A stretch of 64,000 nucleotides of DNA from an uncultured Methylomirabilota bacterium. GTDB lineage: Bacteria > Methylomirabilota > Methylomirabilia > Methylomirabilales > 2-02-FULL-66-22. Made by a program: the position numbers and the translations under genes. The notes under the pieces are model-generated. The model was not told where the DNA came from. It saw nothing but the letters and a program-made list of their open reading frames with translations, and ran no database searches. Shown piece by piece: positions 1 through 8,978 of this stretch (the stretch's first letter is position 1; each line of letters opens with the position of its first letter). The DNA lies in assembly GCA_963705305.1 (NCBI GenBank), contig OY970067.1, positions 1,888,001 through 1,952,000 of the forward strand, written 5' to 3'.

Positions 1-366
1 AACTCTATCCGCCCGACCAGTGACATTCGCCTGACACATTATTACGATTCCAGCTCCATCGTCGTTACGGGCAAGGCGCCCATTACCAACTTTTCCCACG
101 TCGGAGCTGTCGACGCAGACGGGTCCGGCAAGATCTCGACGATCGATGACCTGCTTGAAGCGGCGCGCACTGAATTGGATTCCAAGCGACAGAATGAGAT
201 CTGGAAACAGGCCGTGCTCAAGCTTCTCGACTGGGACGTCTCATACCCGATCTTCGTCAAGAAGTGGACCTTCGCACGATCGAACAATCTCCACTGGGGG
301 TATAATCTGGACACGGTTATCCTGAACTCTCCGGTCATCGACGAGCAAACCTACATAGCCAAGTAG
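1..366 (+). CDS. ABC transporter substrate-binding protein (peptide/nickel family 5), C-terminal part, truncated by window edge
   Basis: Frame 1 is open from base 1 (…IDDLLEAARTELDSKRQNEIWKQA…), a typical family-5 SBP C-terminus, and lies directly upstream of DppB/DppC-type permeases. Confidence 0.8.
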   Translation, partial: NSIRPTSDIRLTHYYDSSSIVVTGKAPITNFSHVGAVDADGSGKISTIDDLLEAARTELDSKRQNEIWKQAVLKLLDWDVSYPIFVKKWTFARSNNLHWGYNLDTVILNSPVIDEQTYIAK

Positions 367-382
367 GACGGAACACCCCGAC

Positions 383-416
383 GAGGAGGCGCAGAATCGC
401 TCTGCGCCTCCTCTTT
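383..416 (+). terminator. Intra-operon stem-loop after the SBP gene (mRNA stabiliser or leaky terminator)
   Basis: GAGGAGGCGCAGA-atcgc-TCTGCGCCTCCTC forms a perfect 13-bp stem followed by TTT. Confidence 0.6.
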
Positions 417-438
417 GCCGGTGGACCTCAGGGGCTGG

Positions 439-1383
439 ATGATGATTGCTCTTGTCATTCGAAGGGTCTTGGTCGGGATCGCGACCCTTCTCATCGTGGT
501 GACGCTGACATTTGTCCTGATACGGATTGCACCCGGGGACCCAGCGCAGGTGAGGCTCGGTGACTACGCCTCCAAAGCGTCTGTGCAGGCCCTGCGGCGG
601 GAAATGGGTTTGGACAAGCCCATGCTGGCGCAGTATTTTGAGTCCATGACCGGATTGCTCCGCGGGGATTTTGGTCGATCCATGCTGAGCGCACGACCGA
701 TCGCCGCAGACCTGCTCCGCGACCTGCCGTACACCTTGGAGCTCACCCTCGTCGGCATTCTCCTTGGCGCGTTCTGCGGGATTCCGATGGGGATCTATAG
801 CGCCCTGAAGCGCAACACGCCTGTGGACTCCGTTGTGCGGACCCTTTCTCTCGCCGGGCTCTCGATCCCAAGCTTCTATCTTGGAATACTCCTGATGCTC
901 GTGTTTTCAATCCAGATGCACCTCTTCCCGGTTGTAGGCGGGGGGGACATCCACAACCTGAAGAGTAACCTCTCCCACTTAATTCTTCCGGGACTCACTT
1001 TAGGGCTCATCATGATGGCATATGTCACCCGTATGACGCGGTCGTCGGTGCTCAACTCGCTCAATGAAGACTATGTGAGGACAGCGAGGGCAAAGGGACT
1101 GACCGAGCGAATGGTGATCTATAAGCACCTCTTGAGAAACGCACTCCTATCGATCACGTCCCTTATTGGCATCTATGCGATTGTGCTGACCGGCGGCTCG
1201 GTCATGGTCGAGATCGTGTTCTCCCGACCCGGTTTGGGGAGAATAATGATCGGGGCGCTGAAACAGCGTGATTACACGACACTGCAGGCGGTGATGACAA
1301 TGTTTGCCACGTTCGTCATCGCCATCAATATTATTACCGATGTGGTCTACGGGCTCATTGACCCCAGGGTGAGAAACAAATAG
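439..1383 (+). CDS. dppB: Peptide ABC transporter permease (DppB/OppB family)
   Basis: N-terminal PGDP motif, EAA loop (EDYVRTARAKGL), RDY motif, multiple TM helices; start 439 or 442. Confidence 0.9.
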   Translation: MMIALVIRRVLVGIATLLIVVTLTFVLIRIAPGDPAQVRLGDYASKASVQALRREMGLDKPMLAQYFESMTGLLRGDFGRSMLSARPIAADLLRDLPYTLELTLVGILLGAFCGIPMGIYSALKRNTPVDSVVRTLSLAGLSIPSFYLGILLMLVFSIQMHLFPVVGGGDIHNLKSNLSHLILPGLTLGLIMMAYVTRMTRSSVLNSLNEDYVRTARAKGLTERMVIYKHLLRNALLSITSLIGIYAIVLTGGSVMVEIVFSRPGLGRIMIGALKQRDYTTLQAVMTMFATFVIAINIITDVVYGLIDPRVRNK

Positions 1384-1410
1384 GTTGTCTATCGATCTGG
1401 TTGAGATCCG

Positions 1411-2256
1411 ATGGAACAGAGCGGCCAAAGGCTAGTCAAAATCTTCCTTCGGAACAGGACGGCGGTTGTAGGTGGCTGGATCTGCGTGATCCTGGTCCTG
1501 ATTGCCATCTTAGCTCGCTGGATCTCCCCCTATGACCCCCTCACTCAAAACGTGTATCATCGTCTTACAGCACCGGAAGCAACCCATCTCTTCGGTACAG
1601 ACGTTTTTGGACGGGATGTCCTGTCAAGGGTCTTAGTCGGAGCGCAGGTCTCTCTTTTTGTCGGAGTCATTTCCATCTTTCTCGGAATGGTTGTAGGGAC
1701 TGCCTTGGGCATGATCGCGGCGTATTCCGGGGGGGGGACAGAAATGGGGATTATGCGTCTCCTCGATATCATGATGTGCTTTCCCGATGAAGTGTTCGGG
1801 GTCATGGTGATGATCGTCTTGGGGCCCGGAATGCGAAATGTCATCATAGCGATCACGGCTTTAATGCTCCCCCGGTTTGCTCGGATGAGCCATGCTCCTA
1901 CCCTGGCGATCAAAGAGTTGGAATATATCGCAGCGGCGAAATCAATCGGTGTCTCACACCTCCGCATCCTTGGACGCCACGTTTTGCCGAATATTTTTGG
2001 CGATACCCTCGTCATGAGCACGCTCTGGCTCGCCACCGCGATTCGGCTCGAGGCGAGCTTGAGCTTCCTGGGTGTAGGAGTGCAGCCGCCAACACCCACC
2101 TTAGGCAACATGGTGCGGGAGGGTGTGGACTTTCTCGTGATGGCTCCCTGGGTTTCCGTATTCTCCGGCCTGGGGATCCTGATTTCAGTCCTCGCCTTCA
2201 ATTTGCTGGGGGACGGCTTGAGAGACATCGCAGATCCCAAGCTCTATGGAGGCTGA
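1411..2256 (+). CDS. dppC: Peptide ABC transporter permease (DppC/OppC family)
   Basis: HLFGTDVFGRDVLSR, EYIAAAKSIG and NLLGDGLRD motifs. Confidence 0.92.
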   Translation: MEQSGQRLVKIFLRNRTAVVGGWICVILVLIAILARWISPYDPLTQNVYHRLTAPEATHLFGTDVFGRDVLSRVLVGAQVSLFVGVISIFLGMVVGTALGMIAAYSGGGTEMGIMRLLDIMMCFPDEVFGVMVMIVLGPGMRNVIIAITALMLPRFARMSHAPTLAIKELEYIAAAKSIGVSHLRILGRHVLPNIFGDTLVMSTLWLATAIRLEASLSFLGVGVQPPTPTLGNMVREGVDFLVMAPWVSVFSGLGILISVLAFNLLGDGLRDIADPKLYGG

Positions 2257-2286
2257 GTCGATGATAACTGGTCCGGCGGGCGTGAG

Positions 2287-2357
2287 AGGGGACCCGGCCG
2301 TTTTCGCGGCGTCAAGGTGGATCCCTCCTGTCGATGCGGATTGGTGACCGCGGAAAT
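2287..2357 (+). repeat. Dispersed 71-bp direct repeat, copy 1 (copy 2 at 8819-8889)
   Basis: Ungapped alignment by eye, 58/71 identical. Confidence 0.75.
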
Positions 2358-2362
2358 GGATT

Positions 2363-2498
2363 AGGTGACGTTGCTGCAGTATTCGCATTACGGTCCAACC
2401 TCCAGCCCGGCGCCTCGGGCCGCGCGGACCGGCCGATTGGGACCGACTGGTTTGCGTAATGGATTGCCGTGCCAGCCCTGCCAATGTCCCCGATCTCC
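2363..2498. mobile_element. MITE-like element with GGGAC-type ends; left ~70 bp shared with 5506-5575
   Basis: AGGTGACGTTGCTGCAGTATTCGCATTACG…CCGGCGCCTCGGGCCGCGCGGACCG is ~80% identical to 5506-5575; inverted end …AATGTCCCCGATCTCC. Confidence 0.55.
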
Positions 2499-2527
2499 CT
2501 GTGCCGCCCGCGGTCCCTGTCGGGGAA

Positions 2528-2556
2528 TTGACGCCTCTTGCCCCGTTCTCTAGGCT
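2528..2556 (+). promoter_or_regulatory. Candidate sigma70 promoter
   Basis: TTGACG-17 nt-TAGGCT. Confidence 0.45.
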
Positions 2557-2677
2557 CCTGTGATCGGGACGTTCCGTACAATCATAAAATTCCCTGAAAA
2601 GAAGGGCTGCCGAACGAGGGGGGATTCCTATCGAAGCGCTGCGGCCTCGATAGGCGCCCTCTTTACGCGGTCGAAAA

Positions 2678-2697
2678 ATTAGTGTATATACACTAAT
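2678..2697. promoter_or_regulatory. Palindromic operator of the brnT-brnA operon (putative)
   Basis: Perfect 20-bp palindrome ATTAGTGTATATACACTAAT abutting the brnT ATG. Confidence 0.7.
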
Positions 2698-2979
2698 ATG
2701 TTTTCCTGGGATGTCAGGAAGGCGCAGGCGAACTCTGACAAACACGGCGTGGCATTCGACGAGGCGGCGGCCGTCTTTGCTGATCCGGCGGGCCTCGACT
2801 GGGACGATCCGGCGCACTCGCACGGGGAGAGCCGGCACAGGCGCCTCGGCAGGTCGGGAGCCGGCCGAATCCTGCTGGTCGTGTATACGGTGAGGAGGAA
2901 GCCCCATGATCAAGAAACGATCCGCGTCACCAGCGCGCGCCAAGCCTCGCGCAAAGAGCGCACGGCATATGCCGGATAG
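2698..2979 (+). CDS. brnT: BrnT family toxin (type II TA ribonuclease)
   Basis: FSWDVRKAQANSDKHGVAFDEAAAVF…ILLVVYT…IRVTSARQASRKER family signature. Confidence 0.9.
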   Translation: MFSWDVRKAQANSDKHGVAFDEAAAVFADPAGLDWDDPAHSHGESRHRRLGRSGAGRILLVVYTVRRKPHDQETIRVTSARQASRKERTAYAG

Positions 2980-3199
2980 CCGCATCGACTTCAGCGACAT
3001 TCCGGAGTTGACGGACGCGGAGCTGCGGCGTGCGCGCCGGGTGGGACGGCCGGCGACCGGCCGGGCGAAGCAGCTCATTGCCATCCGCCTCGATCCCCGC
3101 CTCCTGGCCAAACTCCGCCGGTTGGCAGCGCGGCAGGGGAAGCCCTACCAGACGCTCGTGCACGAGCTGCTGGAAGCCGCAGCCGCACGGGCCGCATAG
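2906..3199 (+). CDS. brnA: BrnA family antitoxin (ribbon-helix-helix)
   Basis: IDFSDIPEL and IAIRLD…GKPYQTL motifs; overlaps brnT; start could be 2969. Confidence 0.88.
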   Translation: MIKKRSASPARAKPRAKSARHMPDSRIDFSDIPELTDAELRRARRVGRPATGRAKQLIAIRLDPRLLAKLRRLAARQGKPYQTLVHELLEAAAARAA

Positions 3200-3238
3200 C
3201 ACTGGGAAAAATTCTCGGGGTGAAAAAGGGTCCGGACG

Positions 3239-3385
3239 GTATGCCGTGGATACTCTAGCACTCGCCGGTGGAAGTCCGGCCCCGGGAGCGGGCAGCGCGC
3301 CCGGGTAGCTTGAGGGAGGTGTGAGGGGTAACCTGAAACACCGAGTTCCCTGACGAGCGCTCACCGAGGTGAGCGCGCAACCCCG
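3239..3385 (+). mobile_element. Group II intron-like 5' fragment (domain I only, no RT ORF or domain V/VI)
   Basis: GTATG start resembles GUGYG; GCCGG-TGGAAGT-CCGGC GNRA-type hairpin; GGGTAGC; GGTGT…GGTAACC…ACACC stem; GCGCTCAC/GTGAGCGC stem. Order matches group II domain I as I recall it. Confidence 0.6.
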
Positions 3386-3528
3386 TCCGCCGACGGCGGA
3401 TAGCGTGCAGCGAACCAGGCGGAGCCCCAGTAGCCTGGATCCGGCGTGGTCAAGATGCCTCAAAGCGGCGGCGAGTAGCATGCATTCCTTGCGCGAGAAC
3501 CCCCAACAGGGCATTCCGGGAGGGTGGC

Positions 3529-5007
3529 ATGAGGACGGAGATGGATGACAGACAACACCGCGTGATCCTGCAGAGAATTGCCCATCGGGCGATGCGGGAA
3601 CGAGGACTTGTTCCCGATTTCCCGCCCCAGGCGCTCGCCGAGCTCGACGGAATCCACGGGCCGGCGACGCGAGCTGACAGATCGACGCGCGATCTCCGGA
3701 ACCTGCCCTGGTGCTCCATCGACAACGATGATTCGCGGGATCTGGACCAGCTGACCGTTGCCGAAGCCCTGCCCGACGGGGCCGCCAAGGTCCTGGTCGC
3801 CATTGCCGATGTGGACGCGCTCGTCCCGAAGCGGTCGGCGCTTGACGAGCATGCGCGGCAGAACACCACCTCGGTCTACACGGTTGCCGAGACGTTTCCG
3901 ATGCTGCCCGAGAAGCTCTCCACGGATCTTACCTCGCTCAACCCCGAATCCGACCGCCTGGCCATCGTCGTTGAAATGGTTCTCGCCGGGGACGGATCGC
4001 TGCAGCGGTCGGACCTGTATCGAGCGACGGTGCGGAATCGGGCCAAGCTGGCCTACAACAGCGTGGCCGACTGGCTGGAGGGGAACGGGCCGATGCCCCG
4101 AGGGATCGGCACGGTCAGCGGTCTGGAGGAAACCCTGCGACTCCAGGACCGCGTGGCGCAGAAGCTGAAGGCGCTCCGGCACCTGCACGGGGCGCTCACT
4201 CTCGAAACCGTCGAAGTCCGTCCGGTCTTTGAGGGCGATGAGCTCAAGGACTTGGAAGCCGACGAAAAGAACCGGGCCAAGGCCATTATTGAGGACTTCA
4301 TGATCGCCGCCAACGGCGTTACCGCACGATACCTCGCGGCAAAGCAGTGTCCGTCGCTGCGGCGCGTGGTCCGCGTCCCCAAACGCTGGGACCGGATCGT
4401 CGAGCTTGCCGCCGAGCGGGGCACAACACTGCCCACGGAACCCGACGCACAGGCCCTGGAGCAGTTCCTGGTCACGGCGAGAGCCGCTGACCCTCTCCGC
4501 TTTCCCGATCTCTCTCTCAGCGTCGTGAAACTGCTGGGTCCGGGTGAATACGTCGTCCAACTTCCGGGAGGCAATGTCGCCGGGCACTTCGGTCTTGCGG
4601 TCAAGGACTATGCGCACTCCACCGCCCCGAACCGCCGATTCCCCGACCTGATTACACAACGCCTGCTGAAAGCATCGGAGGCGGGACACTCCGGGCCCTA
4701 CGAGAACGACGAGTTGGCCACGCTCGCCAAGCACTGCACCGAAGCGGAAGACGCAGCGAAAAAAGTTGAACGGCAGGTCACAAAATCCGCCGCCGCGATG
4801 CTGCTGCAAGCAAGGATCGGGGAGCAATTCGATGCCGTCGTCACCGGCGCATCGGACAAAGGGACGTGGGTCCGCCTGCTGCGTCCGCCCATTGAAGGAA
4901 GGCTGGAGAGCGGGTTTGAAGGCGTGGACGTCGGCCACACGCTGCGTGTACAACTGGTCCGCACGGATGTAGAGCGCGGATATATCGACTTCAAGAGACT
5001 GGCGTAA
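3529..5007 (+). CDS. RNB-domain exoribonuclease (RNase II/R family, short form)
   Basis: SIDNDDSRDLDQ catalytic motif, VAIADV, HFGLA…YAHSTAPNRRFPDL, C-terminal S1-like region. Confidence 0.92.
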   Translation: MRTEMDDRQHRVILQRIAHRAMRERGLVPDFPPQALAELDGIHGPATRADRSTRDLRNLPWCSIDNDDSRDLDQLTVAEALPDGAAKVLVAIADVDALVPKRSALDEHARQNTTSVYTVAETFPMLPEKLSTDLTSLNPESDRLAIVVEMVLAGDGSLQRSDLYRATVRNRAKLAYNSVADWLEGNGPMPRGIGTVSGLEETLRLQDRVAQKLKALRHLHGALTLETVEVRPVFEGDELKDLEADEKNRAKAIIEDFMIAANGVTARYLAAKQCPSLRRVVRVPKRWDRIVELAAERGTTLPTEPDAQALEQFLVTARAADPLRFPDLSLSVVKLLGPGEYVVQLPGGNVAGHFGLAVKDYAHSTAPNRRFPDLITQRLLKASEAGHSGPYENDELATLAKHCTEAEDAAKKVERQVTKSAAAMLLQARIGEQFDAVVTGASDKGTWVRLLRPPIEGRLESGFEGVDVGHTLRVQLVRTDVERGYIDFKRLA

Positions 5008-5084
5008 GGAGAGACAGATTACCGGATGGCAAGGCGGCGCCTCCCCGCCCTCGCGTAGGGGGGACATAAGAAAGGTACCGGCCA

Positions 5085-5141
5085 GCATGCCGTGGATACG
5101 CTGGAACCCGCCGGTGGAAGTCCGGCATCCGGAGCGGGCAG
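5085..5141 (+). repeat. Second, shorter copy of the group II intron-like 5' end
   Basis: 5087-5141 matches 3241-3295 at 48/55 positions. Confidence 0.7.
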
Positions 5142-5197
5142 GAGCAGGGCCCTCGCGCAAACGGAGGGGTTGGCCTGCGGAGGAGTGAAAGAATCCC

Positions 5198-5494
5198 ATG
5201 TTCCTGGCGATGACCATTCTGTGCGGGATCTTCCTGGGGTGGGCGGCGGGCCGGGAGGGCGTGCTCGCCATGGCGGTCCCGGCCGTGGCGGTGGCAGCGG
5301 TGCTGACCCTCGCCGGGTATCTGTGGTTCCTGCTCAAGACCTGGCGCCTGACGCTGCGCCGCGCCTCGGCCCACGGCCGCCGGGCGTTCCAGCGGGAGGT
5401 GGGAACGACGCTGGCCTGGTCGTTGATCTTCCGCCTCGTGGTCATGGCGGCGGCGGGCTCCCTAGCCTACTGGATTTCCGTTCTCATCCATTGA
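5198..5494 (+). CDS. Hypothetical membrane protein (3 predicted TM segments)
   Basis: GGAGGAG upstream, hydrophobic segments, host-like GC3. Confidence 0.6.
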   Translation: MFLAMTILCGIFLGWAAGREGVLAMAVPAVAVAAVLTLAGYLWFLLKTWRLTLRRASAHGRRAFQREVGTTLAWSLIFRLVVMAAAGSLAYWISVLIH

Positions 5495-5500
5495 GAGAGA

Positions 5501-5773
5501 AAAGTAGGGGACGTTGCTGCTTTATTTGCATTACGTTCTGATCTCCCAAGCCGGCGCCACGGGCCGCGCCGACCGTAATTGAAGACGCCGCAAATCTCGC
5601 CAACTGGTGGGAGGATTCCTCGACGATCCCTTGCCACGCAGGGCTGGCGTCCCCCGGGCGGCCCCGCGCCCTGGCCCACCAAGCGGCCCGCCGGGGGGCG
5701 GCGCAGGCCCGGGGGTGGGTCCGCCTCCTGGGAGGCGAAGCAAGGCAACGCAAATTGCAGCGTCCCGCATTTC
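5501..5773. mobile_element. MITE-like element with imperfect inverted ends
   Basis: Left AAAGTAGGGGACGTTGC and right GCAGCGTCCCGCATTTC (rc GAAATGCGGGACGCTGC); abuts truncated hsdM. Confidence 0.55.
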
Positions 5774-5895
5774 GTGGTAAAGAGGACATCATCCACCTTC
5801 CGCCCGAGCAGCTTGTGGACGGCATCCTCCAGAAAGAGCAGCGCATCGGGGAGATCATGGGAGAGATCAAGCAGCTCCTGGAGAAGGAATTGTGA
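5773..5895 (+). pseudogene. hsdM: C-terminal stub of a type I R-M methyltransferase (HsdM)
   Basis: Translates to RGKEDIIHLPPEQLVDGILQKEQRIGEIMGEIKQLLEKEL*, resembling HsdM C-termini; no start codon; stop overlaps the next gene's GTG (GTGA). Confidence 0.65.
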
Positions 5896-6911
5896 AGCGC
5901 AGAGTCAAGCCCCGGGGTGTGGCGGAGCCCATTGCCGCGTACGGATCGGACCGCGGCGAGGTCGCGCTCTACCGGGCGCCCGATGGGACCGTGACCCTGG
6001 ATGTCCGGTTGGAGCGCGAGACCATCTGGCTGAACTTGAACCAGATGGCCGACCTGTTCGGGCGGGATAAATCCGTTATCTCCCGCCATTTGCGAAAGGT
6101 CTTTGGTGACGGGGAGTTAGAGCGGGATTCAGTTGTTGTTTTTTTTGCAACAACTGCCTCCGACGGAAAGACCTACCAAGTTGAATATTTCAACCTGGAT
6201 GCCGTCATCTCTGTAGGCTACCGGGTGAATTCAAAGCGAGGGACCCAGTTCCGGGTCTGGGCGACTGGCGTCCTGCGCGACCACCTCCTCAAAGGATATA
6301 CGGTCAATGCTCGACGGCTGAAGGAGTTGAACCAGGCCATCCGGCTGATCGCCGACGTGGCCGAGCGGCGGGAGCTGAAAGGGGACGAGGCGACCGCCCT
6401 TCTGCGTGTGGTGGCCGACTACAGCTACGCGCTCGACCTGCTGGACGACTACGACAATCAGCGGGTTGCGGTGGCCGGGACCACCCGGGCCGACGCTGTC
6501 GCAGTGACGTATGACGAAGCGCGGGATGCCATCGAGCGACTCCGAGGGAAGTTCAAGGCCTCCGACCTCTTCGGCCGGGAGAAAGACAACAGCCTGCGCG
6601 GCTCCCTCCAGTCGGTGATGCAGACGGCAGACGGGAAGGACGTTTACCCGAGCATCGAGGAGAAGGCGGCCCACCTGCTGTACTTCCTGGTCAAGAACCA
6701 TCCCTTCGTGGATGGCAACAAGCGCATCGCCGCCGCCCTGTTCCTCTGGTTCCTACAAAAGAATTGCGCACTCTACCGCCCTGACGGCACCAAGCGTATC
6801 GCCGACAACGCCCTCGTGGCCATGACCCTGCTCATCGCCGAGAGCAGCCCCGCGGAGAAGTCCGTGCTCGTCAGCGTCATCGTCAACCTCATCAACAAGC
6901 GGAACCCATGA
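5892..6911 (+). CDS. RhuM-family / Fic-Doc domain protein
   Basis: RhuM region (ETIWL…QMADLF, NLDAVISVGYRVNSKRGTQFR) plus Fic motif HPFVDGNKRIA. Confidence 0.92.
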   Translation: MKRRVKPRGVAEPIAAYGSDRGEVALYRAPDGTVTLDVRLERETIWLNLNQMADLFGRDKSVISRHLRKVFGDGELERDSVVVFFATTASDGKTYQVEYFNLDAVISVGYRVNSKRGTQFRVWATGVLRDHLLKGYTVNARRLKELNQAIRLIADVAERRELKGDEATALLRVVADYSYALDLLDDYDNQRVAVAGTTRADAVAVTYDEARDAIERLRGKFKASDLFGREKDNSLRGSLQSVMQTADGKDVYPSIEEKAAHLLYFLVKNHPFVDGNKRIAAALFLWFLQKNCALYRPDGTKRIADNALVAMTLLIAESSPAEKSVLVSVIVNLINKRNP

Positions 6912-7039
6912 ACAGCCCGCGGCGAGAGAATAGGGGACCCGTAAGGGGGGACGTCCATAAAATCATAAGATTCTCTCACCCGTTTCTGTCGAGGAGCGAA
7001 GGGGGATCGCAGTCTTGCGAATGAGATTCCAGGGGAACT

Positions 7040-7237
7040 ATGGCTTCTTCCACCGCAGCAGCGCGGCCGGTAATCCATGTAGAGTTGGACTTGATTCACC
7101 CTTTCCGCGAAGGGAATGGGCGGATGGCACGAATGTTGGCCGTCCTCATGGGCTTGCAGGCCGGCTTGCCGGCGCTCGTTTTTGACAAGCTGGCATCGCG
7201 GAATCGGCAGCGATAATTTGCGGCGGCGCGGGCCGGG
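7040..7237 (+). pseudogene. Fic family protein remnant
   Basis: VIHVELDLIHPFREGNGRMARMLAVLMGLQAGLPALVF…QR*FAAARAG; canonical HPFxxGNGR motif at 7097-7123, internal TAA at 7214-7216, N-terminus missing. Confidence 0.8.
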
Positions 7238-7588
7238 CGCACGCGAGGGTCCGCAGGGGGCGAACAACCGGGGCGTTGCTGTTGACAAGCGTCCTCGAGC
7301 TTTGGTAAAGAGCGCGTGGCGGTACCTTGGGGTCCTCCCCCAGCGCCGGCCTTGAAAGGTGCGTCGAGATGCCCGATCAGGGTCCGGACAGCGTTCTACA
7401 TCCCCCGGGCCTCCGCGATGACCGTCGGGGGCGTGTGTTTTTGGGGGCTGACACAATGCCCACCGCAGAGAGGGGATAAGGGTTCGGACGGAGGACAGGC
7501 GCCAGGGGAGTGGAGCGTCTTCTCCCCTTCCCGGCCGCCCGCGTGCATCCCGCCGGCGGGGCCTGCGTCCTCGGAAGGAGGGAACGCC

Positions 7589-8731
7589 ATGCGACGAAGG
7601 CTGGGGGGCCTCGGGTTCCTGGCGGTGGTGGTGCTGCTGCTCGGGTCGGCGGCGTGGGCGGGGGAGACCACGCCGGGCGAGATTCGGATCGGCATGAGCG
7701 CCCCGCTCACGGGCGGCTGGGCCGCGGAAGCGGATCTGTACGTCAAGGCCATCCACCTCGCGGAGCAGCAGATCAACGCGGCGGGCGGCGTCAACGGGAA
7801 GAAGCTCCGGGTCATCATCACGGACAACCAGTCCACCAACCCCGGCGCCCTCGCGGCGTTGAATCGGAACGTAGAGCAGGATCACGTGCTCGCCATGATC
7901 GGGCCGGTGAAGAGCACCCAGATCCTGGCCATGTCCGACGCGGTAAAGGCCTACGGCATCCCCATGATGGTCGGCGGCACCAACGCCTCCATCACCAAGG
8001 TAGGCAACCCCTGGTTCTTCCGCTGCCGCGTCAGCGACGCGATCATGGCTGCGGCGGCGGTCAAGTTCCTCAAGGAGGACCTGCGGCTCACGAAGATCGG
8101 CCTCCTCTACTCGAACGAGGCCTTCGGGATGGGGGGCGCCGATCTGGTGGAGGCGGATGCCAAAGCCCAGGGGCTCACGATCGTAGGGCGCGCGTCGTTC
8201 ACCCTGGGCGATCGGGACTTCACCGGCCAGCTCCTCGCCCTGAAAGGGGCGGGCGCCGAGGCGGTCGTCCCCTACAGCGCCGGGACCGTCGAGCTGGCCA
8301 AGATCCACACGCAGTACCGGCAGCTGGGCTCCCCGTACACGTACGTGGGCATCGCCGGCTTCGCCATGAAACACGTGCTGGGGCTGGCCCGCGACGCGTC
8401 CGAAGGGCTGGAGGGCATCGTGGAGGTGCTGCCGAACCAGAGCGAGCAGAACCGGAAGTACATCGAGGACTTCAGGCGGGCATTCAACACCGAGCCGGAT
8501 ATGCTCGCCACCTGGAACTACGACGCCCTGCAGCTGCTCGCCAAGGCCATCCGGGAGGTGGGGGAAGATCGGGCGAAGATCCGGGAGGCCATCCTGGCCA
8601 CCAAGGGGTACCCGGGGGTGATCGGGACCTTCAATTTCTCGCCGGACGGCGAGGGGCTCCGCGCCGCCTTTGCCGCCGTCATCCAGAACGGGGAGGCCAA
8701 GCTGATCAAGCCGATCCCCGTGGCCCCATAG
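7589..8731 (+). CDS. Branched-chain amino acid-type ABC substrate-binding protein (LivJ/K family), orphan
   Basis: RBS GGAGG, signal peptide, IRIGMSAPLTG, INAAGGVNGKKL, YDALQLL motifs. Confidence 0.9.
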   Translation: MRRRLGGLGFLAVVVLLLGSAAWAGETTPGEIRIGMSAPLTGGWAAEADLYVKAIHLAEQQINAAGGVNGKKLRVIITDNQSTNPGALAALNRNVEQDHVLAMIGPVKSTQILAMSDAVKAYGIPMMVGGTNASITKVGNPWFFRCRVSDAIMAAAAVKFLKEDLRLTKIGLLYSNEAFGMGGADLVEADAKAQGLTIVGRASFTLGDRDFTGQLLALKGAGAEAVVPYSAGTVELAKIHTQYRQLGSPYTYVGIAGFAMKHVLGLARDASEGLEGIVEVLPNQSEQNRKYIEDFRRAFNTEPDMLATWNYDALQLLAKAIREVGEDRAKIREAILATKGYPGVIGTFNFSPDGEGLRAAFAAVIQNGEAKLIKPIPVAP

Positions 8732-8818
8732 AGCGCCGAGGAACCCCGCGAGCCCGGATCGGGAAGGGCCGTCGACCCCAAAGGCCCAGCGGTTCCCGTC
8801 AGGAGAAGGTGCTCGGCA

Positions 8819-8889
8819 AGGGGGCCCAGGCGTTTCTGCGGTGTCAAGGCGGACCATTCCTGTCGAGGCGGATTGGTGACCGTGGGAAT
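8819..8889 (+). repeat. Dispersed 71-bp direct repeat, copy 2
   Basis: 58/71 identical to 2287-2357. Confidence 0.75.
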
Positions 8890-8978
8890 AGTGTCCGGTA
8901 TCTTTCTTTCATGCAACCCCACCAGAGGCGAGGAGGCTCAACTCCCAACCCTAATTTGGACAAGAGCGGAAGGAAAAC

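Noticed and set aside
1..2256. Peptide ABC operon without ATPase genes
   Set aside because: The operon is cut by the window edge, so dppD/F may lie upstream
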